The notes under the pieces are model-generated. The model did no database searches and was not told the origin of the DNA. It saw only the letters and a list, made by a program, of their open reading frames with translations. Source: an uncultured Rikenellaceae bacterium (GTDB taxonomy: Bacteria; Bacteroidota; Bacteroidia; Bacteroidales; VadinHA17). From it: a DNA stretch of 39,244 nucleotides. The translations under genes were made by a program, and so were the position numbers. This document shows positions 36,352 through 39,244 of the stretch, one piece after another (the stretch's first letter is position 1; the number at the start of each line of letters is the position of its first letter). The stretch lies in assembly GCA_964411285.1 (NCBI GenBank), contig CAYPKL010000187.1:1-39244 (forward strand), read 5' to 3'.

Positions 36352-37614
36352 TTATCTGAATATTGTTTCATTTCTGTCTGGTCCGACTGAAACCATTCTG
36401 ACTGGAACCTTTGTCTGCTCTTCGATAAACTCAATGTAATATTTAAGTGCTCCCGGCAAATCCCCGTAATCCCTTATTCGTGAAATATCATTATTCCAGC
36501 CATCAAATTCAAGATAAACAGGCTCAGTTTTTGCATCGTTATTGAAAAGAATTTCATCGCATTCTTTGCCGTCAATCATGTATGACCTGCAAACCTTTAT
36601 TTTGTCAAACCCCGAAAGGACATCCGGCTTGGTCATAAAGAGCTTCGTGACACCGTTTATCATTATGGCATACTTAAGTGCAGGCAGATCAAGCCATCCG
36701 CATCTTCTTGGCCGTCCTGTCGTAGCCCCGTACTCACACCCTTTCTTCCTTAATAGTTCTCCGGTTGAATCGCATAGTTCTGTTGGAAATGGTCCGCTTC
36801 CTACCCGGGTACAGTAGGCTTTAAAGATGCCAAATACCTCTCCGATACTTTTGGGAGATACGCCTAGTCCTGTGCAAGCGCCAGCGCTTATGGTGCTTGA
36901 GGATGTAACAAACGGATAGGAACCGAAATCAACATCAAGCATTGTACCCTGCGCACCTTCGGCAAGTACTTTTTTGCCATTGGCAATGAGGTCATTTATT
37001 AGATATTCGGTATTTTCTATTCTAAAGCTTCTGAGAAGCTCTATTCCTTCGAACCACCCCTTCTCAAATGACTGAAGATCATAATCGAAATTGTAATTCT
37101 TCAGAATATCAACATGATATTCAACAAGCCTGCGGTACAATTGCATGAAGTTCCAATTGAGGATATCGCCCACTCTCAGCCCATTCCGGCTGGCTTTGTC
37201 AGTATATGAAGGACCGATTCCTTTTAGAGTGGATCCTATTTTTGAATTTCCTTTTTTATTCTCATAAGCAGCATCCAATATCCTGTGAGTCGGTAGAATA
37301 AGGTTTGTCCTCGCAGATATGACCAGCCTCTTTCTTAGTTCTTCTACAGGCGGGCCAAGGTGCTCGATTTCATCTTTGAAAACGGCCGGATCGAGTACTA
37401 CCCCGTTACCAATTATGTTGAGCTTCTCCTGATGAAATATTCCGGAAGGGATAAGATGCAAAACATGTTTCACATTGTCAATCTCAAGTGAATGACCTGC
37501 ATTAGGTCCACCCTGAAAACGTGCCACAATATCATAAGCGGGACTAATGGCATCCACAATTTTCCCCTTTCCCTCATCACCCCACTGCAATCCTAACAAT
37601 ATATCAATGTTCAT
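36352..37614 (-). CDS. purA: Adenylosuccinate synthetase
   Basis: 'GLQWGDEGKGKIVD', 'GGPNAGH', 'GIGPSYTDK' and 'GATTGRPRRCGWLD'. I place the start at the ATG at 37614 (MNIDILLG...). Confidence 0.93.
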   Translation of the reverse strand: MNIDILLGLQWGDEGKGKIVDAISPAYDIVARFQGGPNAGHSLEIDNVKHVLHLIPSGIFHQEKLNIIGNGVVLDPAVFKDEIEHLGPPVEELRKRLVISARTNLILPTHRILDAAYENKKGNSKIGSTLKGIGPSYTDKASRNGLRVGDILNWNFMQLYRRLVEYHVDILKNYNFDYDLQSFEKGWFEGIELLRSFRIENTEYLINDLIANGKKVLAEGAQGTMLDVDFGSYPFVTSSSTISAGACTGLGVSPKSIGEVFGIFKAYCTRVGSGPFPTELCDSTGELLRKKGCEYGATTGRPRRCGWLDLPALKYAIMINGVTKLFMTKPDVLSGFDKIKVCRSYMIDGKECDEILFNNDAKTEPVYLEFDGWNNDISRIRDYGDLPGALKYYIEFIEEQTKVPVRMVSVGPDRNETIFR

Positions 37615-37685
37615 ATTAGATATTATATCGGAATTATAAAACAAATTCCAAGGTACAAAATATTTCCTGCCAATGTCGTTTTCTG

Positions 37686-38144
37686 TTAAACTGATTTCTT
37701 CTTTTCCTTCTTTTGGAGCGATCCGTAAATGTATAGTGAATGATACATCGGGGTAAAGTTGTATAGTAAACTTGCCGTCCTTACAATTTCATGAATTCTT
37801 GGGTCACAAAACTCAACTACTTTTCCAGTCTCTAAATCAATAAGATGATCGTGCTGACTGCATTGATGTGCTCTTTCGTATTGTGCTATATTTTTGCCAA
37901 ACTGATGTTTTATAACAAGATTACAGTCAATCAGTAAATCAATTGTATTATACAGCGTTGCACGGCTGACACGGTAGTTTTTATTCTTCATGAAAATATA
38001 AAGCGATTCTATATCAAAATGACCGGTTCTGGAGTAAATTTCATCCAGAATGGCAAATCTTTCAGGAGTCTTACGGTGACCCTTTTTTTCAAGATACTCA
38101 GTGAAGATCTGTTTTACAGTTGATTTTGTACCATCACTTATCAT
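37686..38144 (-). CDS. fur: Fur-family transcriptional regulator
   Basis: N-terminal winged-helix '[14 protein letters not shown]...[12 protein letters not shown]' and metal-site '[20 protein letters not shown]'. Confidence 0.8.
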   Translation of the reverse strand: MISDGTKSTVKQIFTEYLEKKGHRKTPERFAILDEIYSRTGHFDIESLYIFMKNKNYRVSRATLYNTIDLLIDCNLVIKHQFGKNIAQYERAHQCSQHDHLIDLETGKVVEFCDPRIHEIVRTASLLYNFTPMYHSLYIYGSLQKKEKKKSV

Positions 38145-38208
38145 TTCATGCCTGCTTAATTAATTTATACTGTATATTTTTAAAAATTTAAGAATGCAAA
38201 TGCCAGAA

Positions 38209-39243
38209 CTATTCTGAAAAGTCTTCAACCCTTTTGATATTTTCAATACCCCTGACGTTTGATATTTTAAGAATCAGGTTATTAAGGTCTCGGGTATGAT
38301 GCACATAAAGGTCGATAGTTCCTTCAAAAATTCCCTCTCGGACACTGATGTTAATGTTGGTCATATTAACCTTAAGTTCAGATGAAATAATATTTGTAAT
38401 ATCATTAACAAGTCCTATTCTGTCAACACCGGTCATGCTTATTCTTGCCAGGAAGGAGACCAGTTTATGAATAGCCCACTTAACCGCAATGATCCTGTTT
38501 CCCTCGTTCGCCATTAACCTGATGGCAACCGGACATTTTGGCTTATGAATTACAATTCCACCCTCAGGAGACCGGTAGCCTATTACCTCATCGCCGGGAA
38601 TAGGATTACAACATTTTGCAATCTCATACGATTGTTCAGCATTTTCAATGTTCTCTCTTAAAAGAAAAGGGATACTTCCGTCTATTTTTGCATCGGTTGA
38701 TTCATCATCCTCTTTTTTGCTTTTTTTGGAGCCCAAAAGCTTTAATTCCCAGTATTTTATGACGTTTTTTGTGGGGCTTTTGCGGATTATTTTTTTAAGA
38801 TTTTCCAGGTTTATAGTACCAAGTTCGATCCCCGAGTAAAGTTCGTCCTTGTTAAAAACATCGTATGAGAGCATCAGTTTTCTGAGAATCTCTGAATTTG
38901 GAGTTACTCCGAGTTCTCCAAGTTTTGCTTCAAGGATCTCCATACCTTTCTGAATACGGTTAGTCGTTTCAGTTTTGAGTTGGCTTTTAATTGCTTCCTT
39001 TGCCTTGGATGTTCGCACAAATGATAACCATTCCTTTTCCGGCTTTGCTATGTCTGATGTTATAATTTCAACCTGATCGCCGCTCATAAGGATAGCACTT
39101 ATCGGATTGAGCTTGTAGTTAATTTTGGCACCGATGGCTTTATTGCCTATTTCAGTATGAATCTCATATGCAAAATCGAGAGCGGAAGCTCCTTTTGGGA
39201 GGCTTACCAGAGTACCTTTCGGGGTAAAGACCATTATCTCTGA
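38209..39243 (-). CDS. RelA/SpoT-family (p)ppGpp synthetase/hydrolase, C-terminal part (TGS ... ACT); N-terminus lies beyond the window
   Basis: TGS motif 'VFTPKGTLVSLPKGASALDFAYEIHTEIGNKAIGAKIN', a Cys-containing middle region 'IAKCCNPIPGDEVIGY', and a C-terminal ACT-like domain. The frame is open to the window end. Confidence 0.88.
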   Translation of the reverse strand, partial: SEIMVFTPKGTLVSLPKGASALDFAYEIHTEIGNKAIGAKINYKLNPISAILMSGDQVEIITSDIAKPEKEWLSFVRTSKAKEAIKSQLKTETTNRIQKGMEILEAKLGELGVTPNSEILRKLMLSYDVFNKDELYSGIELGTINLENLKKIIRKSPTKNVIKYWELKLLGSKKSKKEDDESTDAKIDGSIPFLLRENIENAEQSYEIAKCCNPIPGDEVIGYRSPEGGIVIHKPKCPVAIRLMANEGNRIIAVKWAIHKLVSFLARISMTGVDRIGLVNDITNIISSELKVNMTNINISVREGIFEGTIDLYVHHTRDLNNLILKISNVRGIENIKRVEDFSE

Positions 39244-39244
39244 T

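Noticed and set aside
36186-36434. 82-aa minus-strand ORF in the purA / acyl-CoA ligase intergenic region.
   Set aside because: It overlaps the 3' end of purA out of frame and has no recognisable motifs. The region more plausibly holds the purA terminator and the ligase promoter.
1-39244. Looked for a mobile element, prophage, defence island, or tRNA/ncRNA genes.
   Set aside because: I saw no integrase, transposase or recombinase, no terminal inverted or direct repeats, and no cloverleaf-like or GC-rich structured RNA in the intergenic gaps. The largest gaps, about 150-200 nt, look like ordinary AT-rich promoter regions. This is a by-eye scan, so covariance-model searches could still find small RNAs.

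Overview
AT-rich chromosomal segment with hallmarks of a Bacteroidota genome: a T9SS type-B C-terminal sorting domain, TAnnTTTG -7 promoter boxes, an archaeal/eukaryote-type ProRS, and a relA/spoT-fur-purA block. I can support about 33 protein-coding genes, including one 52-aa rubredoxin that the ORF track missed. I saw no rRNA, tRNA, CRISPR array, transposase, integrase or recognisable defence gene. Most of the window is housekeeping: nth, aroB-aroC, tilS, proS, pepD, purA, fur, relA/spoT, and an acyl-CoA ligase. Four blocks stand out. (1) 14.1-18.6 kb holds two tandem paralogous secreted proteins, each with an extremely Tyr/aromatic-rich low-complexity region and a Ser/Arg/Asn-rich polycationic tail. 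One carries 11 near-identical 21-nt repeats. A FadL/PorV-like outer-membrane barrel follows. This is my best candidate for an undescribed envelope or matrix system. (2) 18.7-22.1 kb is a tightly packed larC-larE-larB-wbqC operon (nickel-pincer nucleotide cofactor synthesis) with no larA. (3) 22.25-24.7 kb, divergent from that operon, encodes a Tat-exported DUF362 protein and a NapH-like polyferredoxin, a candidate unknown cofactor-dependent redox module. (4) 24.85-30.8 kb is a methylmalonyl-CoA decarboxylase-type operon (mce, mmdA, oadG-like, BCCP) that lacks its Na+-pumping beta subunit. In that position sit a separately promoted citrate lyase with a fused CitD-CitE subunit, CitF and the rubredoxin. 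All functional calls come from motif and family recognition by eye. No searches were run.
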